A stretch of 64,000 bases of DNA. Source: Paramoeba atlantica. Lineage: Eukaryota; Protista; Discosea. Every line of letters begins with the position of its first letter. The first letter of the stretch is position 1. Positions 1-10,513 of this stretch are shown in pieces. The notes under the pieces were generated by a model, which did no database searches, was not told the DNA's origin, and saw only the letters and a list, made by a program, of their open reading frames with translations. The stretch spans positions 186,001-250,000 of the forward strand of contig CDRNVI010000006.1 in assembly GCA_977017575.1 (NCBI GenBank). Reading direction: 5' to 3'. A program made the position numbers and the translations under genes.

Positions 1-8
1 TGCATCCC

Positions 9-3000
9 ATGGCTCCAATCAAAATCGACCTCTCCCTGCGTGTCTCCGAGGACGAGGCCGCCCATTTGGACTCCATTCTCTCCACAACTCCCACAGCCCC
101 ACCCCGCGAGCCACAACCCCTCGACCCCACCCTCCCCCCTCCCTTTGTCCCACAAGATCGGGCGGCATTACGTCGGCGAAAACACAACGTAATGAACAAA
201 ATGAAATACGTCGCGCGAAAACAAAATCTCGCAGCGTACTCAGCCCGTCATGAGGCGATTCAATTTCTCCGAGGAAGACAAGTTGCTATTCTGGAATGCT
301 ATCCGGACCCCATGCGTGTAGGCGCCGCGGTACAAATCCCTCAAGCCTGGGTAGAGCTCGAGGAGTTCTCCCGGGAACGCACGTTCGTGGTGCGCCTCTC
401 GGACCTACTGTGCCAGAAAGCCGCGCAACAGGCCGCAGCGGAGACGTGTAGCGAGCAAGACGGTCTAATCACGTGGTATAATCCGTTTCTTCAGGTGGAA
501 AGTGAAAAACTACGGACAACGGCAGCCTCCCAGGTGATTTATCTCACTCCCCGGTCAATGCTTCATCTCTTAATGTCAAAAACAGGCATGGAACGGTTCT
601 CTGTGTTTGTGGAGGATATAACGGATGTCATAGCGTACTGTGAGACAAATGGGGGGAGCCGTCCGTGCGAGAGGTCCTGCCCCACTTTTCAAGTGCTGCA
701 GGACGAGATTGCGCTGTTAATGGTCCTTCGCCACTTTTTAACACGCAACGCAGTGACTCGGATTATGTTTGGTACATCTTCTACGGTTGCACCCCTCACT
801 CGGGCGTGGTTTCGGAGCTATCTGCAAGGGGAAGTAGATCCCATGTCGCAGGAAAACTTGCTACGGGCTTTGACATTTTCGCTTGCGCAGCCTGCGGACC
901 AACTGACATCAAATTTCGTGACACCATATCTCCCTTCACCACCGAGCAGCGAAATCTCTTGTATTTCTGAAAGACAACATAACGTGTTGATCGATGCTTT
1001 AACAGGAGTAGTCGGCTCCAATATTCCCCTGCCTTGCTTACTGCTCGTCGAAAGTGTCAGCCAATTTCGCAACTTACTGTTAAAACATTTCGCTGCTGTT
1101 TGGAAGAGCTGTGACTTGGAGGACTACACACAGAGACACTATCTGCCAGGAGAGCTCGGGTTCGATCTTTTTACTAAAAAACTTCAGGAGAACGAGTCTC
1201 CATCAAACAAAGTGATGCGATCATTCGCTCTGGCGCGGTTTCCTTTGGACACGCGCACGGCTTCGATTATTTTAAATGAATACGAAGACTCACCTTTTAA
1301 AAGTGTCCTGGTTGTGTCTGACGGATGTGCCCCAAACGTGGGCCCAGACTATGACGCCTCAACGAACACGTACTATTACTCAAAACGTCCGGAGCGCGTC
1401 CATCCAGTATTTGACCTGGAGAAAAATGTTGTGCTAGCAAGCTTAATTCCCAGGTGCGATTTCTTTTACTGTCAAAATGCTGAGAAATTTGAAGTTTCGA
1501 GTTTGGTTACTGAGGGCGTTGAAAAAGGTTATGTACGGCATGAGCGTCAAAATTTTCTTGCTCGCTTTCCAGGGGATCGATCTGAGGCATCGAGCCAAAA
1601 CATGTATTCATTGCTGCCAGAAAGCTCAGAAATTGATTTAGGGCTTCCAATTTTCATAGCACATCTGATGCGGTTGAATATTTCAGAGCAGATGGTACTG
1701 TTTGGCATCGCAATCCCGCAACCAGCACTCGAGTACTGTGCGAAGACTACCGAGCATCGCCTGTATTTAAATGGCTTGATAGGCTTGAAAGGGGAAGTTA
1801 CGCCACTAGGTGTCATGACCGGGAAATTTCTTTGCCTCGGGCCCGGATTATCCTCTCTAAAGTTATTGGGGTTAGGCACAGCATTTTCTTGTTCAAGTGA
1901 CGCTGCTTTCGCAGCAGCAGCCGATCTTTTGCTTGAATATGACTGGGAGCCTACGGACGTTATGAGTCAATGTATTCCCAAATTGTATCCGGAAAAGACC
2001 TATCAGGTCACTTTCCAGGAAGGAAACCAACTGCTTTATTCTCCTGCAGCCGTCCTCGCGGAATATCTATTGCTCATGAAAACAAACTCCTTATCAGATG
2101 ACGGAGCCAAGGAGCTAGATTGTATTCATCAGTTCGTGCGAATGGGGGCAACCTATCCAGAGATATGTCTTCGTCGCTCAAAATTTTACACGGGCAATAC
2201 TACCCCCGAAGAAATCATGATCCTACCACTAATAAATAGTCTGAAGCGGGATCAAAATTTGTCTCAGAAGAAAGAAAGCATTAAGGAACTAATTCCGTTC
2301 GTTGGGACAACACAATCCCTGCTGAAAGCCCTGTCAGAGAACATTTCATTACCTGCTATCAAGCCAAAATATTCTTGGGGCGATTCTATTTTTTGTTACA
2401 CTTCCAGAATTCAAATAGGAGGCACCATGTATCTTTGCACCGCCTTTCCCACTACCGACTTTGTACCGTCCAAATACTTTGACTGCTGTGAATTGTCAAC
2501 GCTTCCTCTGCTTCTTATTGCCAAAGAATGTATTGTGGAAACCCCGTACCACTCTTCATCACAAAACAAGCCAACGCCTGGGAAACAGAGCCATTCCTCT
2601 GTGAAGTCTCGAACCGGTACGCTCACCAGGGGTTGGTACCCGCCTCTGACTCGCAAATGGTTTCATCCCTCCATATTGGAGACCAATGAAGAGTCACAGG
2701 GACCAGAAGACGCATGGCGCATCACCTCTGTACGTCGACCGGGAAAAACCTTTACCTATGATGACAAGCTGCCAATGAACACCACACTCAGCTCTGTTTT
2801 AGTCGATAAGGGACTCTTGTTTGTAGGTGATGGTGACATTACAGTGCCCCACTTTATGGTTCTTCGTAAACATTTAAAACATGTGTTCAGTAGCTCTCCT
2901 CTCAAGGCATCCGACGAAATTATGCAAGCCCTGGTATGGACCTTATCCAAAGACAGCTCGGACGAACCTATGGAAGACAAAGAGCAGGAGCAACACACAT

Positions 3001-4190
3001 GGCTGACCTCGACTGCGTACAAAGCGCCCCTGTGCAACACTTCCTTGTCAAAAAACACTATGGCATCCGATACGTTCACCGCAGACCGCCCCGAGCCTCC
3101 TCGAAGTGTGCTCCAACGACGGGTCCTGGACCGCGTTGTTTCCCTCATTACCGCCACGAAACAACGTCACCTGGAGTCCAAAATCCAGCAACTCTCCGCG
3201 CTTGAGAGCCCTCCTGAAATTCTCAAAGAGGTGCGAAATCTGCTCGAGTTCCTCACCCCCTCAAACGAGCTCCATCGTTTTTATGAGTCCAGTTTACTCC
3301 ACGCCTGCCCCTCCATTCCAATGGCCCATAACCCATACGACACCAGTCGGCTTCTGCTCTCCATGACGCAACGATCGGATTCTGCCGGGACACAGGCCCG
3401 CAGTGAGGGCCAGAAGGCCTCAAAGAAACGCGACTATCTCACGCGGCTGCAGCAGGAGGGGATTATCCAATCAGAGCCTTCGAACATGAGGAATGGGACT
3501 TTATCTTCTTCTTCGGAAGGATTGATGCGACATGGGGAAACCCAAACGGTTAATTTCGTCCCACGTCCTGCAAACCATAAAGAAGCCTCGAGTGAAACCC
3601 GGGATAGTCACGAGGCTGCAGAAGCCGCGAAACGTGCCATCGATCATGTTTTTGGAGGAGAAGAGGACGCGAGTCACCGTTCCATCAATGATTCTCGAAG
3701 TGCTCGAACCCTGTCGGATTTCCGGAATGAAATGCGGCCCTATGTGAACAGCAGCCTACGAAAACAGCAGAGCATGCAGGACGCCGTAGCGAGTTCCCAT
3801 ATGCGCTCGGCAGTCTCCGCAAAGGTAGTGGTGACCCATGCCAGTGAGGAGGAGCTGGTGAGTAGTATTCCTGCGGTACTGGTGGAGCCCATTCCGGTAC
3901 CGAAAGGAAATGCAAAGCTAAACATTCCGCTTATTCTCGCAAAAGCGCTCGGGGAGGCCATTGGGGCGAAAGTAGGCCCGACCTCCATGCTGGAGGGGTG
4001 CGGACACATCCAGGTCCATACAAGGGAGGTGGAGCAAGACGCGCTACGGCTCGGGACGTTTATGTGCCTGGGCCAGTCGGTGAGGATACGGAAGAACTGC
4101 TACTTAGTGACGCACACGAATGAAACGGTCACGAGGAAATTGGAGGGCATCCGAAATAAGAATGAAACCAGTCAGTATCGCTCACGGTGA
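9..4190 (+). CDS. Degenerate DEAH/RHA-family RNA helicase-like protein (pseudo-helicase) with HA2 and OB-like regions
   Basis: LAAYSARHEAIQFLRGRQVAIL..GAAVQIPQAWVE aligns to the LPV..QVVVIVGETGSGKTTQIPQ region; VIYLTPRSML..FSVFVEDITD aligns to motif Ib/II; LIGLKGEVTPLGVMTGKFLCLGP is HA2-like. The GKT and DEAH motifs are absent. Confidence 0.7.
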   Translation: MAPIKIDLSLRVSEDEAAHLDSILSTTPTAPPREPQPLDPTLPPPFVPQDRAALRRRKHNVMNKMKYVARKQNLAAYSARHEAIQFLRGRQVAILECYPDPMRVGAAVQIPQAWVELEEFSRERTFVVRLSDLLCQKAAQQAAAETCSEQDGLITWYNPFLQVESEKLRTTAASQVIYLTPRSMLHLLMSKTGMERFSVFVEDITDVIAYCETNGGSRPCERSCPTFQVLQDEIALLMVLRHFLTRNAVTRIMFGTSSTVAPLTRAWFRSYLQGEVDPMSQENLLRALTFSLAQPADQLTSNFVTPYLPSPPSSEISCISERQHNVLIDALTGVVGSNIPLPCLLLVESVSQFRNLLLKHFAAVWKSCDLEDYTQRHYLPGELGFDLFTKKLQENESPSNKVMRSFALARFPLDTRTASIILNEYEDSPFKSVLVVSDGCAPNVGPDYDASTNTYYYSKRPERVHPVFDLEKNVVLASLIPRCDFFYCQNAEKFEVSSLVTEGVEKGYVRHERQNFLARFPGDRSEASSQNMYSLLPESSEIDLGLPIFIAHLMRLNISEQMVLFGIAIPQPALEYCAKTTEHRLYLNGLIGLKGEVTPLGVMTGKFLCLGPGLSSLKLLGLGTAFSCSSDAAFAAAADLLLEYDWEPTDVMSQCIPKLYPEKTYQVTFQEGNQLLYSPAAVLAEYLLLMKTNSLSDDGAKELDCIHQFVRMGATYPEICLRRSKFYTGNTTPEEIMILPLINSLKRDQNLSQKKESIKELIPFVGTTQSLLKALSENISLPAIKPKYSWGDSIFCYTSRIQIGGTMYLCTAFPTTDFVPSKYFDCCELSTLPLLLIAKECIVETPYHSSSQNKPTPGKQSHSSVKSRTGTLTRGWYPPLTRKWFHPSILETNEESQGPEDAWRITSVRRPGKTFTYDDKLPMNTTLSSVLVDKGLLFVGDGDITVPHFMVLRKHLKHVFSSSPLKASDEIMQALVWTLSKDSSDEPMEDKEQEQHTWLTSTAYKAPLCNTSLSKNTMASDTFTADRPEPPRSVLQRRVLDRVVSLITATKQRHLESKIQQLSALESPPEILKEVRNLLEFLTPSNELHRFYESSLLHACPSIPMAHNPYDTSRLLLSMTQRSDSAGTQARSEGQKASKKRDYLTRLQQEGIIQSEPSNMRNGTLSSSSEGLMRHGETQTVNFVPRPANHKEASSETRDSHEAAEAAKRAIDHVFGGEEDASHRSINDSRSARTLSDFRNEMRPYVNSSLRKQQSMQDAVASSHMRSAVSAKVVVTHASEEELVSSIPAVLVEPIPVPKGNAKLNIPLILAKALGEAIGAKVGPTSMLEGCGHIQVHTREVEQDALRLGTFMCLGQSVRIRKNCYLVTHTNETVTRKLEGIRNKNETSQYRSR

Positions 4191-4609
4191 GAGGAATAGT
4201 GTGACAACACTATGGTGTGACTGCATTTCGAGGAATACCATTTGCGTGGTAGAGGGATATTTCCGGATAATTATCTCCGATTTGGTGTATGCCAAGAGCA
4301 GTATGTAATCTCACATGAAAGTCTAGCGGTGTGTATTCTTCGTTCTTTGATAATTTTAGGAAAAGTGTGTGTGATAGTGTTCTGCGTGTTCATTCGAAAT
4401 TACATCTTTTTTTCTCAACACATTTTGAGGTAAATGCCATCATTTGTAAAAATACGTCTGAATTTGTGTGTACGTTGGATTCATGTAACGTGTAATTTAT
4501 ATCGTGAAAAAAATGCCTTTGGATTTCTTACTACTGTTGTACGAAGGAGCAGTGCATAAGTCTTCACCTTGTCCTTTTTCTGGAAACGGTGCGTATTTTT
4601 TTAGATTAT

Positions 4610-5422
4610 ATGCCGATGTACTTTTTGTTCAAAAGTTTGATTTTACTTCTGAGCGTGAGTTGGACGCATCAAGCTGATAAGCCATCTCGCACACATAAAG
4701 TCAAGGGCACTGCCATGTCTTCCGAGATGTGTCTACCGCGATTTATTCAATATATCACGAATCCGGATAAATCGTGGGTTGTCTCTACCCGCAAACTCTT
4801 GGGAAGGCGCCCTGTCTCCGTGTGTACATGGAAAGGGGTGATCTGTGACTCTAGCAACGAGGTGGTTAAGATTACGTGGCTCGATTACGGTCTATTGGGC
4901 AAGCTGAACTGGGATTCCCTCCCCCTTTCCTTGCGGTCGTTTCATCTGCGAGGCAACGTGCTCCTCCACCCAATCACGTTGGAAGATTTCCCGGCTCAAG
5001 TGCATGAAATATCAGCTCCGATGAACTCTTTTTCGGGAGAACTGCAGCTTCGGGATCTCCCCGACGGTCTGCGCATTCTGTGTCTTGATAACAACTCTAT
5101 TGAGGGAAGAGTACAACTAGGCGATATACAGATCCCTCTTGAGTATCTATCACTAGAACGAAATGGTTTAAGTGGGTCTTTGGACCTGAGTGTGGTTCCT
5201 GCTTCCCTGCACTACTTAAGCCTCTCAGCCAATAAACTAAGTGGAGAACTTCATCTACACGGGTTTCTACATAACCTGAACGTATTGCTCGTTGCAGAAA
5301 ATTCTTTTAGTGGAATACTGGACGTCCGTGACCTTCCGATTCATTTCGAGCAGTTAGATGCGTCCAACAATGAGTTTCAAGACATGCTTCCAGAAAAGGC
5401 CCCTGCAAAGGTTACGATTTGA
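4610..5422 (+). CDS. Secreted/surface leucine-rich repeat protein with plant-type N-cap
   Basis: Hydrophobic N-terminus from ATG 4610 (MPMYFLFKSLILLLSVSW), cap motif CTWKGVICD, repeated LxxLxLxxNxLxGxL units. Confidence 0.85.
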   Translation: MPMYFLFKSLILLLSVSWTHQADKPSRTHKVKGTAMSSEMCLPRFIQYITNPDKSWVVSTRKLLGRRPVSVCTWKGVICDSSNEVVKITWLDYGLLGKLNWDSLPLSLRSFHLRGNVLLHPITLEDFPAQVHEISAPMNSFSGELQLRDLPDGLRILCLDNNSIEGRVQLGDIQIPLEYLSLERNGLSGSLDLSVVPASLHYLSLSANKLSGELHLHGFLHNLNVLLVAENSFSGILDVRDLPIHFEQLDASNNEFQDMLPEKAPAKVTI

Positions 5423-5596
5423 AAGAGGATGCTATAGTTGTGCTTTAATGTGCATGTATGTGCTATAGTGTTATACTGTATACATGTGCTATAGTTGAGT
5501 TTTAATGTGTATCGTATTGTTGGAATAGTGATCGCATCAACTATTAAATGAGGGTAGTAGTTATTCGAATTTCTTATTTTTACTTCTCAACGTTTT

Positions 5597-6016
5597 ATGC
5601 ACTCTACCGACAGGAGTATTTTCTCGGCCATTCGTTCCTCACAAGCAGCAGATGAGTATCAGCCTATCGTCTCCCTCCCACCCGTGTTACCCAACGAGGC
5701 ATGCCGCCTGCTTTTCATACGTCAACTTCCCCGTGCAGTGACGGTGGAACAAATCTACGAGTTATTTGGACGCTGTGGAGAAATCGAAAATGTGTGGAGG
5801 GGGAATACACCTCATACTAAAGGAACGACATTCGTGCTGTTTGCTCACATTTATGATGCAAAACAAGCAGTCGATACCCTACACAACATGAAAATTGGTA
5901 ACCGCTTTCTGAATGTGAGCTATTTCAGTAAAGAGCGCGCTGAACGAGCTGCCGAGATAAAGGCGAAGAGAAGCCGAGTTCTCGAGACTCAAGGCATTGT
6001 CTTTGCCGATGGGTAA
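5597..6016 (+). CDS. SF3B6: Pre-mRNA branch-site protein p14 (SF3b14), RRM
   Basis: LPNEACRLLFIRQLP..GNTPHTKGTTFVLFAHIYDAKQAVDTL..NRFLNVSYF matches the p14 signature. Confidence 0.88.
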   Translation: MHSTDRSIFSAIRSSQAADEYQPIVSLPPVLPNEACRLLFIRQLPRAVTVEQIYELFGRCGEIENVWRGNTPHTKGTTFVLFAHIYDAKQAVDTLHNMKIGNRFLNVSYFSKERAERAAEIKAKRSRVLETQGIVFADG

Positions 6017-6386
6017 GATTCGTAAAACTCTCTGAAAAAATGAACGCATTGGGGAATCTACAAAGATCTCTGCAATCACTCGTTTTGGGGAAAAATAAAT
6101 TTCTTACGCTTGAAACAGAAGCTCATCAAAAAATGAAGCATGCCTATTAAGTTAAATATCAAAGCCATATGCTTATTTTTTGCATGACGGGGCATGATAG
6201 GGTTATCAAAAAATTTAGTGTCATACATCTACAAAGATATATCTACAAGTATATATCTAGAAGATATAACTGTATATCTATAAGATTTGAGTCACATGAC
6301 ATAAAAGGAAACCCTTATCTTCGCAATAACATACCTTTAGCGATCTTAAAAACCGTCCTCTGAATTCCTCCTACTAATGTCCCCTC

Positions 6387-8540
6387 ATGCAACACGTCGC
6401 CGATCGCATTCCTGACCCCGTCCGTCGGCCTCTCCGCGCGCGAAGACCCAACACCGCCCCACCCGCCATACCCAACCTCGCACTCGACCGCGTGGAGAAA
6501 CTCTCCCTCCACCCCCCTTCTTCTTCCAATGCTACAAACAGTGCACGTCACACGCCTCGCGCTCAGCTCAACGGAGCCTTCACTACTCGAGAGTCCCGCA
6601 TCGGGGGGTTGTTTCCCCCGAACCCTCTTCTTCCTCATCCCGAGACCTCTCACTCCATGCTCACGCCACGAGCGCGTCTCCACCCCTCCAAACTCGCCCA
6701 AACCCATCCCTCTAAATCCGCATGGCACACCATGCCCCCAGCCTACTGGTCCCGTATGAACCCAACAGAGACCACAGCCCCGCTGGTCTCCCCGAGGGCG
6801 TCTCGACGAAACCTTAACGTTCTACCCCCTCGAGGCCCGGCTCCTCCTCTTCCTTTGTTTCCCGGAGGAAACGCTCCAGGCGCTGCTCCTCCTCCCCAAG
6901 CCTCTCATCCAGCCTTCCCTTTTGAGTTTCATGGAAACCCTCAAAACCGTTTTCAAGGCACAGTGAAAACAGAGGACCCCAACACGACCCCTCGAGGTGT
7001 TGTGTTCCCCATGACGCCTCGAGACCCACAAGAGCTTTCTCGACTCGAGTTCCATCCAACACGAAATAAAGGGAATCTCAATTTGGCAACGCCTCGAGAA
7101 GAGAGAGGGCATGAGACTCCACGAAGGCATGAGACTTTAAGAATGCATGAGACATTAAAAATTCATGAGACTCCACGAAGGCATGAGACTTCACGAATGC
7201 ATGAGACTCCACGAATGCCAACAAATGTGTTTTCGGTACAGCAAACCCCACAGGAAAATAGAAAGCCACAAAGAGAGGAGATGGGACTTACCCCTCGTCG
7301 TCTCCCTCCGCCCCCTCCTGCGTTTCAAACGTTAATGCACCCGACTGTACCCTCGAATGGGGTTGCGAGCGCAGTGGCAGACAAAAGCACAAATGTAGAA
7401 AATAATGGGGAACAAAGGGCTGCAGTCCCGCTGGCCTCATCACAGACACGAAAAAAAGTAACCTATGCGCTACCGAATCAATGCATGGAGCAGGGACACT
7501 TTTATGTGGTGCTGGGAGAGGACGCGGACCCCGGCGAGGGGCGGTTTAAAATTCTATCCTTGCTGGGGCAAGGAACATTCGGGAAGGTCGTCGAGTGCTG
7601 GGACCGGAAACGACGGCAGTATTGTGCAGTGAAAATCGTCCGGAACATTCCGAAATACACCCGGGATGCGACAATTGAGGTGCAGTACATGCAGCGTATT
7701 GCGTTGGCCGATCCGTCGGATACCGAGCCGTTTATTAAGCCATGGAAAAGTTTTTTGAACGCCGGGGGGCATATGTGCATTGTGATGCCGCGATACGGTC
7801 CCTGCGCGTTGGAGCTTTTACAAAAACATGGCCCTTTTTCGATTGCCCATGTGGCGGACTTAGCCTATGAGTTGGGTCGCGGTCTTGACTTCCTACACTC
7901 TCGGTTGCGACTGATGCATACGGATTTAAAACCGGAGAACGTGTTGTCATTGGAGTGTAATTTTACCCCGGCCAATCACGCAGGAGCCCCTCTTCGGCTT
8001 AAGATATGTGATCTGGGCGGATGCACGGAGGAGACACACGCGAAGTACGCGATCGTATCCACCCGACACTACAGGGCTCCGGAAGTTATTTTAGGTCTCG
8101 GCTGGATGTATCCCGCGGATATGTGGAGCGTAGGGTGCATCCTAGTCGAAATGCTGACAGGGAAACTGCTCTTCGACACCCATGACAACCTGGAGCACCT
8201 TCACATGATGCAGCGTATCTTGGGACCGTTGCCGAGCGATTGGGTTAGAAACTGCTCTCCTGAAGCAAAAGGGTTTTTTAGTGGCTCCGCGTTACGGCCT
8301 CCTCTGTCTAGTAGTTGTATAAAGCTTAGTCGTATGCGCTCGTTGCCGGATTTCGTCGAGAGATGCTGCGGAAACGCACATGTAGCAGCAGCTTTTCTCT
8401 CTCTTTTGCAAGGGTTGCTCCATTATGAGCAAAAAAGTCGTCTCACAGCTCGTGACATTGCAGCTCATCCTTTTGTGACTAGTTTTTCTCCGCTATACCA
8501 TCATCGTACCAGTGATATGGATAACGGGGCCTGTGTCTAA
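6387..8540 (+). CDS. KKT10: CLK/LAMMER kinase, kinetoplastid kinetochore kinase KKT10/KKT19 type, with long N-terminal extension
   Basis: KKVTYALPNQ..GHFYVVLGED, RFKILSLLGQGTFGKVVECWDRK, HTDLKPEN, ICDLGG, STRHYRAPEV, DTHDNLEHLHMMQRILG (LAMMER-like). Confidence 0.9.
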   Translation: MQHVADRIPDPVRRPLRARRPNTAPPAIPNLALDRVEKLSLHPPSSSNATNSARHTPRAQLNGAFTTRESRIGGLFPPNPLLPHPETSHSMLTPRARLHPSKLAQTHPSKSAWHTMPPAYWSRMNPTETTAPLVSPRASRRNLNVLPPRGPAPPLPLFPGGNAPGAAPPPQASHPAFPFEFHGNPQNRFQGTVKTEDPNTTPRGVVFPMTPRDPQELSRLEFHPTRNKGNLNLATPREERGHETPRRHETLRMHETLKIHETPRRHETSRMHETPRMPTNVFSVQQTPQENRKPQREEMGLTPRRLPPPPPAFQTLMHPTVPSNGVASAVADKSTNVENNGEQRAAVPLASSQTRKKVTYALPNQCMEQGHFYVVLGEDADPGEGRFKILSLLGQGTFGKVVECWDRKRRQYCAVKIVRNIPKYTRDATIEVQYMQRIALADPSDTEPFIKPWKSFLNAGGHMCIVMPRYGPCALELLQKHGPFSIAHVADLAYELGRGLDFLHSRLRLMHTDLKPENVLSLECNFTPANHAGAPLRLKICDLGGCTEETHAKYAIVSTRHYRAPEVILGLGWMYPADMWSVGCILVEMLTGKLLFDTHDNLEHLHMMQRILGPLPSDWVRNCSPEAKGFFSGSALRPPLSSSCIKLSRMRSLPDFVERCCGNAHVAAAFLSLLQGLLHYEQKSRLTARDIAAHPFVTSFSPLYHHRTSDMDNGACV
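7110..7217 (+). repeat. 18-bp coding tandem repeat x6 (HETPRR-type hexapeptide)
   Basis: CATGAGAC starts six consecutive 18-nt units encoding HETPRR HETLRM HETLKI HETPRR HETSRM HETPRM. Confidence 0.9.
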
Positions 8541-8664
8541 AGTAATGAATCGTTCTTTCGGTATTATTTTTATACTTATTCAGTACAATATTTCTGCTTT
8601 CTATTGCCACGAAATAACTTTCACCACACTCACATAGCGTCTACATCTCATCTTTATCACTGTA

Positions 8665-10080
8665 ATGAATTTTGACGGATCTTGGGAGAAAGTTGTTCGG
8701 CAACGAGTTTGCATTCCAGATGAGTGTCTCTCGCCTTGGAGCACGGCCACACATCGAGCCTTGCTCAGCCTCGTTGACAGGGACCCGCAATGCATGGATC
8801 GTATTCGAGACACCCACAGTGTATTGACCTCCAAATTATCCGACATATTGCGTGTGCACAAAGCGAAGCTCTACCTCTTCGGGTCCTGTGTAGTCAATAG
8901 TGTGGTCGAGCCCAAAAGTGATGTCGATTGTGTACTACTCACCGAGAAAGATTTGAAGCAACCTCCCTCTGTTGGAGACCCAAGTACTTCACAGTCGCGC
9001 TCAGAACAAAATTTTGTGCTCAATTTAGTGGCGAAAACTCTGATGCGATATACAGAGACTTTCTCTGCGATCCAAGAAAAGCCTCGTGCACGTGTTCCAT
9101 ACGTTAGATGTGTTATGAAAAATGGGCAAGAAATAGACATCAGCGCCAACCGCAGAAATGGTGTAAGAAACAGCCTTTTGCTACGAAATTATTTAGCACA
9201 GCCGTTCGTGTCGAGTAACTCTACACTTTCCGGGTCCTCTAATTCGTTTTTTCGTTTCATGTCACTTGCGATAAAGATTTGGGGTAAAAGAACGGGGCTT
9301 ATTGATCCAGCACAAGCCTACCTCACGTCCTATGCGCTTAATATTCTACTGTGCTACTACATGATACAGCGATCAAAGATGAATTTTATTGATCCACAGA
9401 GTATTACGGTACCAACTCAGGAGCCTGTTCTTCCGAAATACAGCGTTTTCGATTTGGAAGAGCAACGCAACGAACTTGGATTTCACATGCGTGATTTTCT
9501 TACTTTTTATAACCATGAATTTGACTTTTCAAACGACGTAGTGACACTGAGTCGTCCGAGCAAGACGAAAAAAGCTGACCTTGAGTGGACCTCTCAAGAC
9601 GAGGAGAAGATGAGAGGAGACGGTAATGCCTTCTTTTACCGTCTCTGTATTGAGGATCCGTATGAGGATCGCCTTAACCTGGGGCGATTCGTTACTCCTC
9701 TACGATACGGAATGCTTCGCCTGGCGCTACACCAGGCTCAGATTAACGGTCTGGGATACATGGACCTCGGTAGGAATGGAGCAAAAATAATACCACAAAC
9801 GGAGAAAGCAGTAAAACTCGATCAGGACGTACCGCAGCCAAGCACTCAAAATCATTCCAGTGAAACTTTTGCAACCAAATTTTGTGGCGCCCCGGCGCAA
9901 CCGACAGGAGATCCCACGGCTCCTAAATCAGAATCAAAAAATAGTGGACACGCAACACATGGGAACCGAATTAATTTGTACTCAACGTTTTCGAATCCTA
10001 GCAATCCACAAACGAAAAGTTCTTTTCCCACGCCTTTCGCTCCTCAGGTCACAAAATTTTCTCCCGTAACTCAATCATAG
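8665..10080 (+). CDS. TUT4: Terminal uridylyltransferase, kinetoplastid TUT4-like
   Basis: LYLFGSCVV..KSDVDCVLL (nucleotidyltransferase motif), DISANRRNGVRNSLLLR, LCIEDPYEDRLNLGRFVTP, as in trypanosomal TUT4; low-complexity C-terminal tail. Confidence 0.85.
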   Translation: MNFDGSWEKVVRQRVCIPDECLSPWSTATHRALLSLVDRDPQCMDRIRDTHSVLTSKLSDILRVHKAKLYLFGSCVVNSVVEPKSDVDCVLLTEKDLKQPPSVGDPSTSQSRSEQNFVLNLVAKTLMRYTETFSAIQEKPRARVPYVRCVMKNGQEIDISANRRNGVRNSLLLRNYLAQPFVSSNSTLSGSSNSFFRFMSLAIKIWGKRTGLIDPAQAYLTSYALNILLCYYMIQRSKMNFIDPQSITVPTQEPVLPKYSVFDLEEQRNELGFHMRDFLTFYNHEFDFSNDVVTLSRPSKTKKADLEWTSQDEEKMRGDGNAFFYRLCIEDPYEDRLNLGRFVTPLRYGMLRLALHQAQINGLGYMDLGRNGAKIIPQTEKAVKLDQDVPQPSTQNHSSETFATKFCGAPAQPTGDPTAPKSESKNSGHATHGNRINLYSTFSNPSNPQTKSSFPTPFAPQVTKFSPVTQS

Positions 10081-10513
10081 AAACAAGCCAAACCAGTATT
10101 CAGCGCATCGGAGGTATGTGATTTACAATGACATGGGGGATATGATCTCTCGACAATTCGCTATTCTTCTTCAGAGACATAGTCATGCTTCTGATTCATG
10201 TTTGTTATACTTGCACATTCATATTCGCGTCGTTCACTTTTTGGGAACCCTTGCAACACGGAAAAGAGAGTCGACTTCTTTACGACTTTTTTTCTACCTT
10301 TTTATCGTCTGTATGTTTTATCTGTGGAATTAACAAAAATAAATAGATTAAAACCTTTTAAGCCTTTCAGCTTAAGCAATATTTACGCCGTGTGTCTTAC
10401 AATAGAGATGTCACTCAACAAATATTCATACGTTATCAATCCACTGCATTTCTTACATAAAAATTATCAGTAGAGCTCGTTTTGATCGCGTGATTTAACA
10501 CGAGGCTCACTCC

